From positions 1,922,001 through 1,986,000 of the forward strand of contig NC_089429.1 in NCBI RefSeq assembly GCF_026210795.1: DNA of 64,000 nucleotides, in the 5' to 3' direction. The stretch is from Rhizophagus irregularis. Lineage: Eukaryota. This document shows positions 43,635 to 56,063 of this stretch, piece after piece. The notes beneath the pieces were generated by a model. The model had not been told where the DNA came from, made no database searches, and was given only the letters and a program-made list of their open reading frames with translations. Each line of letters starts with the position of its first letter. Position 1 is the stretch's first letter. The position numbers and the translations under genes were made by a program.

Positions 43635-44491
43635 CAGTGTTCGGAAATGACCTGGTCATTTGACCATTTTTCAGATTAGGAGTCATTTGGTCAAATGACA
43701 CCCCATCATTTGGCATTTGGCATTTGAATTATTCGCGAAATGACAAATGCCAAATGATTGGGTATCATTTGACTGTCATTTGCGTCCTTTGTCATTTGGT
43801 CATTTGTCATTAAAATATTTAAAGATTATTGGACAATTTATAATCACGTGATGTACAAAAAAGGAAGGACGTAATCGAAATAATCACAAACAGAATCAAT
43901 TTCACCAAATTATTTATTTTTTACTGTAATCTGAAAATAATAAATAACACAACCATAATTATTAAAGTGATAATATCTGATATGTTATTTATTATATATA
44001 ATTTTATTATATAATTATATGCATAAATAAATATTATGGCCATCTTATGATTAAATAAAGACAACAATTATATATAAAAATGGTGAAAAATGGGATCCAC
44101 TACATGTGTTACAATTAAATATTTTATTGCAAAATCAATTAACTTTTATCTGTGTGGATAAAATGATCATTAGTGAAATAATTATAAGTGAAATAATCCT
44201 GTCTATAATAATATTATTAACAAATAATAACCTGTAAAATAATAACAAAATCACGTGATTAAAAAATCTTTACTACTATTGGAACTTTTTTGATTATATA
44301 TATTAAACCAATTTTGTTTTAATATTTTTGTTTTCTTAATTAAAATAAACAAAATAATTAATAAAAATTCTCAGAATATTTAATATTTTTCAAATGAATT
44401 AAATGACAGGTCATTTGAGTTGCAAATGACAAATGACAAATGACTTGTCATTTGAGTCATTTGTTCATTTCAAGTCATTTGCCGAACACTG
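43635..44491. mobile_element. hAT-type non-autonomous element (857 bp)
   Basis: TIR CAGTGTTCGGAAATGAC / GTCATTTGCCGAACACTG; TSD CTTCATGG / CTTCGTGG; subterminal GTCATTTG/CAAATGAC repeats. Confidence 0.88.
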
Positions 44492-47400
44492 CTTCGTGGA
44501 CCACATACTACAATCTGTTATCCATAATACCGTTTTACAATAAATATTGCGGAAAAGTTATTCTTTTTAGTTGACTCCTGAGTTATGAAATAACAATAAT
44601 CTGCTTCAGCTACATATGATCATTCTACCTACTTCCTCCAAAAAAATCGACCACTTATATTATTCAAATTCTTTTACAACTCAGCTTCATTTTTTTAACA
44701 TCATCTGGTAAGGTTAACTGATTCAGTTTGGTTCTCACACAAATTTTTCAAATTGAATTATTTTTACGCCATGTCTTGTAATACAAAAATTGCCCAGTTG
44801 TGAGATCGTGACCCAGGGGTCACAGTTGCCTTATTTCGAACTCGTATAACATGTAGTACAAGAATGCAGTATAACTGGGGTAACTCTATGACACAAAAAC
44901 TTGTATTACGAATTTTTTAAATTTTGAATTATGTTACTACGCCATCGGTGATAGCAATAATCGAAAGTAAGTCTCTTATGTTGATGGAGAAGATTAAGGA
45001 AAACAATACATCTCATTGAGTTTTTACGTAAGGAATACGACTTCAGGACTAACATTTTCTGAGGGATTTCAAGATGACAGGAGGAGTATATGCTTGATAC
45101 AAAACCGTGAAATTTTTTGGTAACTACGGAGAACTTAATTGGAATAAAATATGATTTTCACACGTTAATGTATCTGAACATGATCGGTAAGTTGTTATCT
45201 CATATCAATAGATGGACACGACATATATTCTAAAATGTGGCTTTGGCCAGTATCACTAATTTATTATTAATAATTGGAATACACTGAGTAGTTTTGATAA
45301 TGATTGCTATGAGCTATATATATAAGCAATCCAACTTGTATGAATTGTATAGTAGACAGATCAGAAGGATAATGCCAATCTTTACTAACAGACAGTACTA
45401 CGTATAGTCGTATTTAGTATCCCGGTGTATTTGATAATAGAATACTCAAAAAACATGTCACGTTGCTTCGCAATGCCCTAAACATTTTTAAAATCCTACA
45501 TATAGTAGAGAAGCTCCGTTAAATAAAGATCAATAGTTCCAGATTTGAAATACTTGTAGAGTTTTTTGATTTTATCACATGTATACATCTTTCTTGATAT
45601 GAATAGCTAACAAGAAAATTGTTTAGTTGACGATGAGGACTTGATCTCAGAAATTAGTATGAAATTAAAGGTAACACAAGTATTATAATTGTATCTGCCG
45701 TAATTTCATCAGCCATGATTCATCGAAAAAACTAACACATTGTAGATTGTAAATCCAAATCTTTGATCACGTCTCTTAAGTTAGTTTGCGTACACATATG
45801 TGCATTTTTTACCTGGAAGGAATTCTTTCAGAAATTAACGGCATCAGTTAGTGTTACTTAGATATACCATAACACGCTCATCATGTTTCTACCGATTGAT
45901 GTGAGACAGAAGCAGTAAAATTATAGCTAAACTGTTTCCTCAGATATGCTTGATGTTGTCGAAAATAAGGATATTTCATTTAACATCACTAGTGAATAGT
46001 GATACACGGTATGTGAAGTCCACAAAGTTCTTCAGAAGGACTAGTATAACAGGCAGAACCATATAGGCATGTGTGCTGATTACTGTTACCGATAAACTGG
46101 CGCCTTTCCTATTTCTGTGTTGTAATGTATCATATGGAGGATAAATAACAGTATGTGAGATAATATTTTGCATAACAACAGACTAGTGATCTTTATGCAA
46201 ATCCAATCTTCTGATATATACATTAAAAATACTCTAGGCATGCCTACGAAGTAGATGATTTCAAACAAAAAATGCACGAATGTATTTCTGTCGATTATTA
46301 GAAAGCTTCGTTACATTATGTGAAATATTTCTTTCCATATATTATCTATTAACGAACAAGTAGCTTAACATACCTGATCACGTTTCTATACCAGAGAGTT
46401 TAGAGAAAAAATAATTATGTTTGTTTCGACAGATATACTACTCTGGTGATCTCGGTAATCTATACGTGAGATACACAGTGTCTAATTTCATTCGAACATG
46501 AATCAACTTCTAAGAATAGAGAGGAAGACATTATTATTGATTTCGTATTCATTCTTGAAAGCGATATTTTTCAATTTTTAATATCGCATAGTATCTTATA
46601 TTGAACATAAACACACTACCCCTCCATAATTTTCCTCATTCCTCGAAAAATCATGGAGAATTTTTTGTAGCATTAGTCTATTATTCATCTACGTAATTAA
46701 TAATGTATGTGAATAGTAAAAACGTTACCCAGTATTAGGAACACATTACGAAGTAATGCCCTCCAGACATTTCCTAAAACATTTGAGCGTGGTTGAGCGG
46801 CAAGACGCTCAGGTACGAGGTAGAGTAAAATGCGATATTAACCTGAAAGGAAAACCAATATAATTTGATGCTGCTTTCCCTCTCTAATACAAATTAATTA
46901 GTCAAGAACCTTGGTTACGTGATCAACAGAGCTCGTCTCTATTCCAACAATAGTATGGATATTTCTCGATATTTTTGTTTTCGTTCTCATTTGAGATATA
47001 ATTTGAATGTTTACATAGAGTATTACCCAAAAACACATCGAACGACTAATAACTGTTCTCAATCATTAGCTCGAGTTGCATATCTTCGATGCAGTATTAT
47101 CCTTCTCAATGTGATTTTCTTCGATTCAGTAAGAATGATCCAAATAATATCACTAAATAACTAGATATTGTATTTGTTAGTTAAATATCGATAGGGTAAT
47201 GACAAACGAAAAAATCTTGATATAAAAATTACCCATATGTTATTTAGACATTTCGTATTTTCAGTGGAAATACTATATATATTTTTGGCTCCTATTTGAG
47301 AAGACGTGTTCTTTCACTCTTTACGAAGTCTTCGTCACTAGACTTGAATTCATTTATAGGAGAAATAATTATTCCATGCGTGATTTTTTTTTACGTGGAA

Positions 47401-48079
47401 TATGGGTAAATATGTCGAATGCTCTTATTGTGATTCGATTTTGTACGACCAAAGATAGTTGATGATTGGATATCTATTATTATACTAGTTTGGCTAAAGT
47501 GTAGGTTACACATAACTTATTGCTACGGTATTTTTACATGAATGAGTGGTTAAATGAATTGACGAGTCTTGGTTTTATATTTACGAAATGTTATTCCACA
47601 AAGTTATGCAATGTTCAGTTCGGATAGAACCAAAGGAAGAATATTACTTGCTATCCTGTAGCATTTATAGGCGTACTTGAACTGTGTTGCATCTACACTC
47701 AAATCTTTCAGCATAAAAAGCGTAGACGTAATATATTTCGAGATCATCTACAATAAACATCAGTAATAGAGTAAGTAAAAGTCCACATATATTATTCGTA
47801 AAAGGAAAAAAATTTGCTACTTCATCTCTTTATACTGTCAAAAATACATTTCCTGTGAGATAGGAATAAGTTTGTTTTTGTTAACATTCTTTTAATATAT
47901 TGCAAGGACGGATAATCGCATACTGTTTATCATCGAAGTCAATAAATATCAGACCTCCTGACGAAGATAATATCCTAGGATCATTCTAGCCGAAGTAAAT
48001 ATTCTATTTCCTTTCAGGTTAACTATCGTTACTATTCATTATAATATTTTTTGTATTTACCGATTATCTTTAAAATATT

Positions 48080-48928
48080 AGAAATCAGTTCAATACAAGA
48101 TGATGAATTTTGTACGGCTCTTGTTGAAGAAGAAACTGATATTTTGTTTTCTGATGTTTGTACCAATGAAGAGGAAAAACTATGGGAATGTGGAATCATT
48201 CCGTATATTTTCAATGATAATGTATCTGAAGAACTTAAAGACATTATAAAGGAAGCAATGAAAAGGATCGCCAAAGTATCTATCATAAGATTCATAGAGA
48301 TAACAGACAAAAGTGATTACATCAAAATTATTGATGGAGGGAGATTTGCTTCCTACGTGGGTAGGAAGGAAGGCAAACAGGTTCAGATTTATTAATTTTA
48401 TATTCTGTCAATATACCATTTGTTGTCTCCCATTTTTATTTCATTTCGCAATTATACAGGAATTATATGTTTCTATGGATAAAAGAAGTGGCCATATCTT
48501 ATAGGCAGTTCTATGCATGAACTGATGCATGTGCTCGGATTTCATCATGAGCACTGTCGTCCAGATCGGGATCAATTTTTGAAAGTTAGAAGCAATACCA
48601 AAAATTATAAGAAACGGCCAGCATCGGATACTGTCTGTTATGGTCCGTATGATCCCAAATCTATTATGCATTACCCTCTAGGTCCAGATATGACTTCAAA
48701 ACAAAAAATAAATGCTAAAATAGGTTTGCATATGACTCTTTCTATTTATTTATACTACTTCGCATAATAACATTTTCTTACAACTCAGGTCAACGGGATA
48801 GTTTAAGTGCTGGTGATATAAATGCGCTCAGTAATCTTTATTCTTACACAACTAAGTTACGTTTAATACTAAACAAGGATACATCCTATAGGCAATGCTA
48901 CAATAAACAAAATATATACAAAAAGTAA
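48080..48928 (+). pseudogene. Astacin-family (M12A) zinc metalloprotease with one frameshift; 5' end uncertain
   Basis: HELMHVLGFHHEHCRPDRD, Met-turn SIMHY, C-terminal IGQRDSLSAGDI; introns 48381-48459 and 48724-48788; 1-nt frameshift between 48460 and 48512. Confidence 0.85.
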
Positions 48929-48972
48929 GGAGGTCTTAGAACGCACCTTTGGTGGTCTCACTTGTTCCTAAC

Positions 48973-49214
48973 TAAGGTTGCTTGTCTAAACCTCTTCAAA
49001 ATCCTACGATTAGTTTCATCAAAATTTTACTATAGATTTATTATAGTTTCGGCAGAGTTTCAGCAGTTTCGGCATTTATAATAAGTTTCGGCAGTTTCGC
49101 CTTTCTCCAAAGTTTCGCCAATTTTAATATAACTTTAATATAGTTTCGGCAGAATTTCGCTTTTCGGCGAAACGCCATCTTGCCTAAACACCTAGGTTTC
49201 GGCAAGCAACCTTA
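48973..49214. mobile_element. hAT-type MITE (242 bp)
   Basis: TIR TAAGGTTGCTTG / CAAGCAACCTTA; perfect 8-bp TSD TTCCTAAC. Confidence 0.92.
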
Positions 49215-49923
49215 TTCCTAACAGTATATACGAAACGTAAAAAAGTCTCTACAACCTGTTACGCAATATTAGGTATCTGTAGATTCCATTTTTCTACACA
49301 TCATTGCGAAGTACCACTTAAGAAAACCATAGTTTTTATATAGAATTTATCAAAATGTACCAGGATGTGGCACGACTTTTTTTTTTATATTTTTTACTCA
49401 AGATAATTATCTCAGCTTTAATAAAAGGTGCATTATTACAGATATCCAACTATTTTTTGTATTAATTAGATATTTTGTGAGTCCATAATCACATAACTAT
49501 AAAGACATATGCCATAATAGCGATATATCGTATAAAAAGAGGAAAAACAAAACCAAAACTATGTCATCATTTTTTTCGTTTAATAGGAGAAGCCCTTTGG
49601 ATATTTAGGCGAAACCAGAGATGTGCTTTATTACTTGCCAATTTGTGAGATGCTATAGCTAATATAATAATAAAAAAATACTAGACACTCTGCACACGAG
49701 ATTAATAATACACTTCTCAGTGGATCGACTGCGGAGAAGAATACTAGTGGACGACGGATATCCACTGCGGATAAGAATATAAATGGAAACAACAAGACCG
49801 TGACCCGTAGGTCACGATTGCCTTACTTCAAGTAATCTAATTGAAACAGATATGGTGATAACGTTGACAAACAGGATTAAATCGAATGTATAATTTTCTA
49901 TTCAGTCGTAGACTGCCCAAAGG

Positions 49924-50220
49924 CAGGGTTGGGAATTGTACTAGTACAGTACTAGTACAGTATAGTACAGTACTAAGTACTGTACTTGTACTTGAAAATT
50001 TAGTACAAATACAATTTTAGTACATACTATTAATAAATTTTATTGGTTAATTTTATAAATATAAACAATATTAATCACATGATATCTACCTAAAATGGTT
50101 AAATTATATCCTAAAAAGTAATAATTGTATTAGTACAGTATACTTAGTACTTGTACGAAATTTTTGCTAGTACAGTACGTACTAGAATTTTGCTAGTACA
50201 GGTGTACTACCACAACCCTG
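49924..50220. mobile_element. hAT-type MITE (297 bp) with AGTAC repeats
   Basis: TIR CAGGGTTG / CAACCCTG; perfect 8-bp TSD CCCAAAGG. Confidence 0.9.
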
Positions 50221-50620
50221 CCCAAAGGGCACATGTTCAGTCACTTGATGGTATAACTAATAATAAAAGTACATATCAAAACTTTAAAATCGTGTTAAAA
50301 CATATTCTTTATTGATAGTGGGTTTACTTGCGACTGAAGGATATGAATGCATTTTTACTAGTACTAATGATCAAAAAATAATATGCAATAACTCTCCCAA
50401 TTTTTTAAAAAAGACTAGCTATAATAATTTTTCGAATACCATATCCGCCGATCTGCAGAATGGAAGGAATGCACCATATATATGGTCATCTAATGACGAT
50501 CAGTACCAGGTTTATAATTTGGGAAATTAAACACGTAAACCATATAAATAAACCCGTGAACCATATAAATAAACACGTGAAGATTATCACTAATAATTGA
50601 AAAAAATCTTATTTTCAACA

Positions 50621-53006
50621 ATGGAAATAATATCCGATAGAGAAAATATTACTGACCAAGAAAATATTGACGAATTTCAAATTGAAGAAGTTTCCACTTA
50701 TCCAATAAACAATAATATTTTGTATCGTGAACGTGTAAATAAAGTCACTAAACGTAGCTTCAACTATGTAATTATAAAAGAAGGTGTTTATCCTAATGGA
50801 ACTCAAACTGGACCAAAGAGTCTACAAGATTCAGTAATTTGTAGTAGTACCAGCAACAACAAATGAAAAAAAAGACCAGTTCAACAATATAAGATTCCAC
50901 ATGGTTATATTGTAGAAACAACTTGGGGACGTGCATCCAAAAAGAAGACTATTCGTTGTGAAATTGATTATATTAATGAAATACCACAATTTCGTATTAA
51001 ATATGGCTCCAACTTTCAATATGTTGTTTTTTTGAGCAAATCTCCATCTGATGCAGCATATAATTATGAGAGAGTATGTACTATATAAATTTTTTACTAT
51101 ATAATACTAATTATTAATTAATTGCAGGTATTATTCCTTGCATTTTTCAGGCTTTAAAACCAGAAACAAAAGCTACTCTTTCAGGTCCTCTTGTGTTTGG
51201 ATTACAATTAAAAAGTGTAAAAAAAGCACGTGAATCCAGGAAAAGAGGCAATTTAATTAAACCAGCCATCAATTGTACTTCATCAACGCTTGAAAAACGT
51301 GCAAAAAAAATTGCATCAAAAGTGCGGGCTAGTTTTAATAATGATATCAAAGGAGTTTATCACCAATCTGACGAAATTGTATTAAAATCAGTTGAATTTT
51401 CAGTTAATAAACTGGATTTTCAATTAGATTATGAAGAAGGTGAAAATCAAATGGAAAAAGGTCATCAACTTCAATCTATAGTGAAAGCTATAGATCAAGG
51501 ACAAATACCAAGAGATTCTTATCGAGATTTAGCTGCTGCAAGCATCATTTACCACGTGAAAATACTGTTTCTAATGAGCAAATTGCAATTACCAAACATA
51601 TGAATAAAATAATTAAATTTTCGTTGGTGAATATGAAAGATAAAAATGAATTAAATAATATTACATCTCAAGAACCAGATATTACGAACCCTGAGATTGT
51701 ACAAGAAGTTATTAATACTATGGGATTAGGAATTCGTCGTAGTGCAAAAGATATTTTGGTCTATCTAATTCCTCAATTGCAAAAACAGCAGATCTTAAAA
51801 TCATCAGATCCAATTATACATCTGCGTGTTTCTGGAGATGGTAGAAACGTTGGACGGAAGATCAAACATGTCATGGTGACATTTATGATTTTAAACCATG
51901 AAAATCGACATCACCATGCAGATTATCATTACACTGTGGCGTTATATCCTGGTACTGAAAAATATGATACGCTTAAATTTATGTTAAGTCTCTTTATTAA
52001 TGAACTAAAATCATTCAAAGAAAATGGGTTAGAAGTCTCAGGAATTTTGTGGAAATTTGAACTATACTTCAGTTCCGATTGGAAATTTTTGGCTATTTGT
52101 CTTGGATTAAATGGCCCTACTGCAAACTATTTTTGCCCCTGGTGCTGTTGTTCAAAGAATCAAATTGGAGATTTGAATAAAAATTGGTGTATTGAAAAAA
52201 GTATAGATCAACTTATAACAAACTATAATGAAATCAACGGACATATTAATCCTCCTCTCTTTAGTATGATTCCAATAGAAAACATAATCTTTGATGAATT
52301 ACATGCTCTCTTACGAATTACTGATAGACTCTGGGAATTGATGCTTGCAGAAATCCAAGAAAATGGTTTGTTTAATGATCTGACACGAAGTGTTATTTTG
52401 GGTGAAATGCAAAGATTAAAAGTGTCTTTTCACTTCTGGGAAGATGAAAAATCTCACATTTGGAAATATACATCTCTTATGGGAGATGACAAAAAAACTG
52501 TTTTGCAGTTTTTTAATTTAAAATTACTCTTCAAACCTTCTCGTGCAGAATTAATTCGTAAGCTTTGGGATGGATTTTATGAATTGTATTGTGCCCTCCG
52601 AAATAAAAATACAGATCCAGCACAATTAAAGCAGCAATCTCTTGAGTGGTTATCTCTGTTTCTCACTCCATCACAAGGAAATCCTTCTCGTCCAAAAATA
52701 TATGTTCGAGGATTATATATGCCAAATCAGATAACCCCTTATATGCATGCATTGGTTTATCACGGGTGGGAACTTTTAGAAAAGCATAAAAGATGGGGTT
52801 TTAAAGCATTTTCTTGTTCTGCTGTTGAGAAAAAGAACCATAATCAAGTCTCTACTTTTTTTCGTAAAACACTCAAAAATGGTGGTGATTTGCTTAAACG
52901 AAAATCCGCAATACAGGAGATAATAGAATATGAAAATAGATCACTTTATTTTAATTACAATGTATTATCCAAATCTCCAAAAGTTAAGAGAATTCGCATT
53001 AAATAA
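50621..53006 (+). pseudogene. FYR-like domain + RAG1/Transib/Chapaev-like DDE transposase
   Basis: SGDGR, SSDWKFL, FCPWC, DELHALLR, TPYMH..VYH, SAVEKKNH; intron 51074-51150; premature TGA 50864-50866; frameshift ~51541. Confidence 0.75.
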
Positions 53007-53204
53007 AAAGAACAATTATATTTTATTAATTAATTTTATTTAATAAATACTTTTATTTATTTAGGCGCATTTTTGTATTTGGTTAGTTATTGTAGTTAAT
53101 TAATATATTGCAATAAATTTTTATTAACGTGTTTTACCAATTTCAATTTTTTTTTTTTTTTTTTTACTCTAATAAGTGATAGAGTAAATACTATATGTCT
53201 ATAA

Positions 53205-53885
53205 CTATAATACAAAGGATTGTGAAATATAAAAATTGAAATATATATACCCTGCTGTACATAAATTTCCGTTAATTTCTCTTGATACACGTTTTTTCCA
53301 TTCCACTAAAATTTCTCCACGCGAAAATTTTGGCCGCCTAGTTTTCTTGTAATTTTTAGATTGTTGATGAATCAATTGCTCAAGAGGATCTATTTCTTCT
53401 GATTGATCATGTGAATTAGAATTCCACGGAGTAGGATTCAAACATACAATATACGTTTCTTGTTTTTGCGAATAACCTTTTTTTCCCCATTGATCAGAAT
53501 TCAAAATTTCACTTAAAATTTGATATGCACTATCACCATGAAAGATACATTTGTAATTTCCTTTTGCTTTAGAATAATAATGAATATGCCCGGAAAAAAT
53601 GGAAAAAAAAATACTTTCAGGACATGGTATAGATACCAACTTCTTTCCCATAGACCTAAAATTTAAAACCAATTTTTTGTGTATCTCCATCACCAAAATT
53701 TCTTTAAATTCGGAAATTGTATTAGCAGGCACATCATCAAGACCTTGGCGTTGATTATATTTTTTAATTACCCTAGTGTGTTGTGTTAAGCCTCGCGAAC
53801 TTTTGAATTGTCTTCCACAAGTGGAACACAGAAAGAAGTTACTTGGTGGAGGAGTATGGGGAGGAGTATGAGGAACCGTTATCAT
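53205..53885 (-). CDS. C2H2 zinc-finger protein, second gene of the TIR element
   Basis: FLCSTCGRQFKSSRGLTQH; intact 226-aa ORF, convergent with the transposase and inside the TIRs. Confidence 0.7.
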   Translation of the reverse strand: MITVPHTPPHTPPPSNFFLCSTCGRQFKSSRGLTQHTRVIKKYNQRQGLDDVPANTISEFKEILVMEIHKKLVLNFRSMGKKLVSIPCPESIFFSIFSGHIHYYSKAKGNYKCIFHGDSAYQILSEILNSDQWGKKGYSQKQETYIVCLNPTPWNSNSHDQSEEIDPLEQLIHQQSKNYKKTRRPKFSRGEILVEWKKRVSREINGNLCTAGYIYFNFYISQSFVL

Positions 53886-55173
53886 GCTGATGGGTAAAAG
53901 AGTGAACGGCTGTTGATGAATAAAAAGTTAATAAATTTGACTATATAATTAATTAGTTTCATATTTACTATTAGAAAAAGCTGGTTTTTAAATACTAGTA
54001 CCGTAACTATATAAAACTTTACAAACAAAACGCGTCCAGCTCTTATAAAATGTATAAATGCAGTTCTTCTTCGTTAAACTCTATGAAAAGAGATATTTGT
54101 AAGTTATTTTCAATAAAAGTTTTGACTTATAATCACACAGCTTTATCATTTTCTTCACCTTCAGAATCCAATGGGTTTTTGCCAAATCTAATGGGTATTT
54201 TTTTTTTATTAGGGTGTTTTGAGGTGTTTACGAGGTATTCTTAGGTATTTAGACGAGGATCAACACGTTTATTGACCAATAAAATTTGAAAATTTGTCGC
54301 ACATGAATTCCTAAATAGGGTCCAAAATCTGCAGATCGGCGGATATGCACAATATGATAGGATCAGCGGATAATAATAAAAACTTAACTATGAGACCGTG
54401 ACCCAAAGGTCACACTTGGCTTATATCAATAAGTAAAATAGCTGGGAACAAACCACTTCGCTAACTACGTTCAGTTTATTTGCAATGTTCATTTGGGATG
54501 TTCATTTGAAATCGTTGGTATTCATTCTGACCTGGGACGCCACATATTCGATATTCTCCAAAGTCGTCGGGCTGGTAGTGTGTCTCGCTAGCGCTCACCC
54601 CACCTCAGCCACGGCCTCGCAGTACCTACATCCCCCTTCCGTGGGGGTATGACTCCCCATATATCTGTCCATATCTGTCCCCATATCTGTCCCATAAATA
54701 TATAACCAAAAACCAGAAAACAATAGAAAAGGAAGCAAAAGAAGAGAGAATAAGAGGGGGGGGGCAGATGGGACAAATGGGACAGATATTTCAGAAATAT
54801 AGGAAAGGACATCCCCCAGAAAAAGTTTTATTTTTACCCCCCAAAATGCGTCCCATCGGTCCCGTCTGTCCCAAAAAATCTGTCCCACATTTCTTAGCCT
54901 CCAATCGGCTTTTCGAACTGATAACAGGTAGGTCAGCGGGTAGGTTTATATCTTCGGTTAGCGGGTTGATTACTTTTATGTAAAGCGAACGCAGTGAGCA
55001 AGTAAGCGGGTAATCTGCACTTCTAACATACTCAGGTAAACATATTACTCTGACATGCAAGTATAATCCCTAGAAGGTCTGTAGAACCGCAGGAGGATAA
55101 CCGGGTAGGAGCGCGGATCTTTGGAAAAAATACATTCGGCAATTGAAGATTAGGTAACTATAAGTAACATACA

Positions 55174-55689
55174 ATGATAAACTTACACGCCGCCACTTCT
55201 CTTGCCGAAGACCTCGGACTTGATCTTGTAGACATCTATGGAATCCGTAAATGGATCCAAATGCGGGCATCGCCTCTCAACGACCCAGACATAGTAAGAG
55301 AAATGGTCAGAAACCTTCCGATCAAAGAATTCGGAAAACATCTCAAGATAAACAGACTCTGGTATAACTGTTGTAAAGCCGAGTTGTGGAAGCGGCATAA
55401 AGAAGCCGAAGAGGTATACAAACAGGCAGTAGACTACTACAAGGAAGCCATTGACAATTTCAATGAAGCCGATCAGAAAAAATACACCAGGTTTGCAGGG
55501 ATGGTAGTAATAGAAAGAGCACTCCTCAGATGCGGCTTTATAACGCAAGAGTCCGACTGGGAGAAATGGACTCAAATAACGTACAACATCCAATTGCTTA
55601 AGGAAGGTCGCACTCTTGATGACTCGGATGATGAATCAGATGATGGAGAGATATCTCTCGATGACTCAGATGATGAAGAATACTTTTAG
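55174..55689 (+). CDS. Hypothetical protein with acidic tail (element gene)
   Basis: Intact 171-aa ATG ORF; stop lies 9 bp from the convergent neighbour. Confidence 0.6.
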   Translation: MINLHAATSLAEDLGLDLVDIYGIRKWIQMRASPLNDPDIVREMVRNLPIKEFGKHLKINRLWYNCCKAELWKRHKEAEEVYKQAVDYYKEAIDNFNEADQKKYTRFAGMVVIERALLRCGFITQESDWEKWTQITYNIQLLKEGRTLDDSDDESDDGEISLDDSDDEEYF

Positions 55690-55698
55690 AAGGCAGTA

Positions 55699-56019
55699 CT
55701 AATCCGTCTTCCTCTTTTTTGCCTCCTTAAGGCATTTATCAATACACTGTTTACACGCATCATCGGCCTCTAAAATTTTCTGCTTAAGTTTTTTGCATTG
55801 CCGATTGTACGCCGTCTGATGTCTTTTAGCCGCGGTTTCTTTTTTCTTCTCCTTAGTTTTCTTTTTGATAACCCAGTCTATCCCAGTAAAAGTATTCTTG
55901 TGCATACCACAAACTGTGCAATCACCATGCAGCCGGTAACGCCCATTTGTGGTTATATCTTGTATTTCACTAGCAGTCTCGGTTTCTTTCTTACACTTTA
56001 GGCAGTAAAATCGTGTCAT
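55699..56019 (-). CDS. Small basic zinc-ribbon protein (DUF5679-like)
   Basis: ATG 56019; FYCLKCKKET...NGRYRLHGDCTVCGMHKNTF followed by a Lys-rich tail. Confidence 0.7.
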   Translation of the reverse strand: MTRFYCLKCKKETETASEIQDITTNGRYRLHGDCTVCGMHKNTFTGIDWVIKKKTKEKKKETAAKRHQTAYNRQCKKLKQKILEADDACKQCIDKCLKEAKKRKTD

Positions 56020-56063
56020 CTTAAGATTTGAAGTCCGAAATCTTTCCTTTAATTTGTCATAAT

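Larger units (their letters stand above)
50440..54347. mobile_element. 3.9-kb two-gene DNA transposon with RAG1/Transib/Chapaev-like transposase
   Basis: Perfect 20-bp TIR CATATCCGCCGATCTGCAGA; flanks TAC/CAC may be a mutated 3-bp TSD; 21-bp subterminal tandem repeats 50528-50581. Confidence 0.85.

Noticed and set aside
53205..53885. RAG2-like gene
   Set aside because: No kelch repeats or PHD finger; only a C2H2 finger
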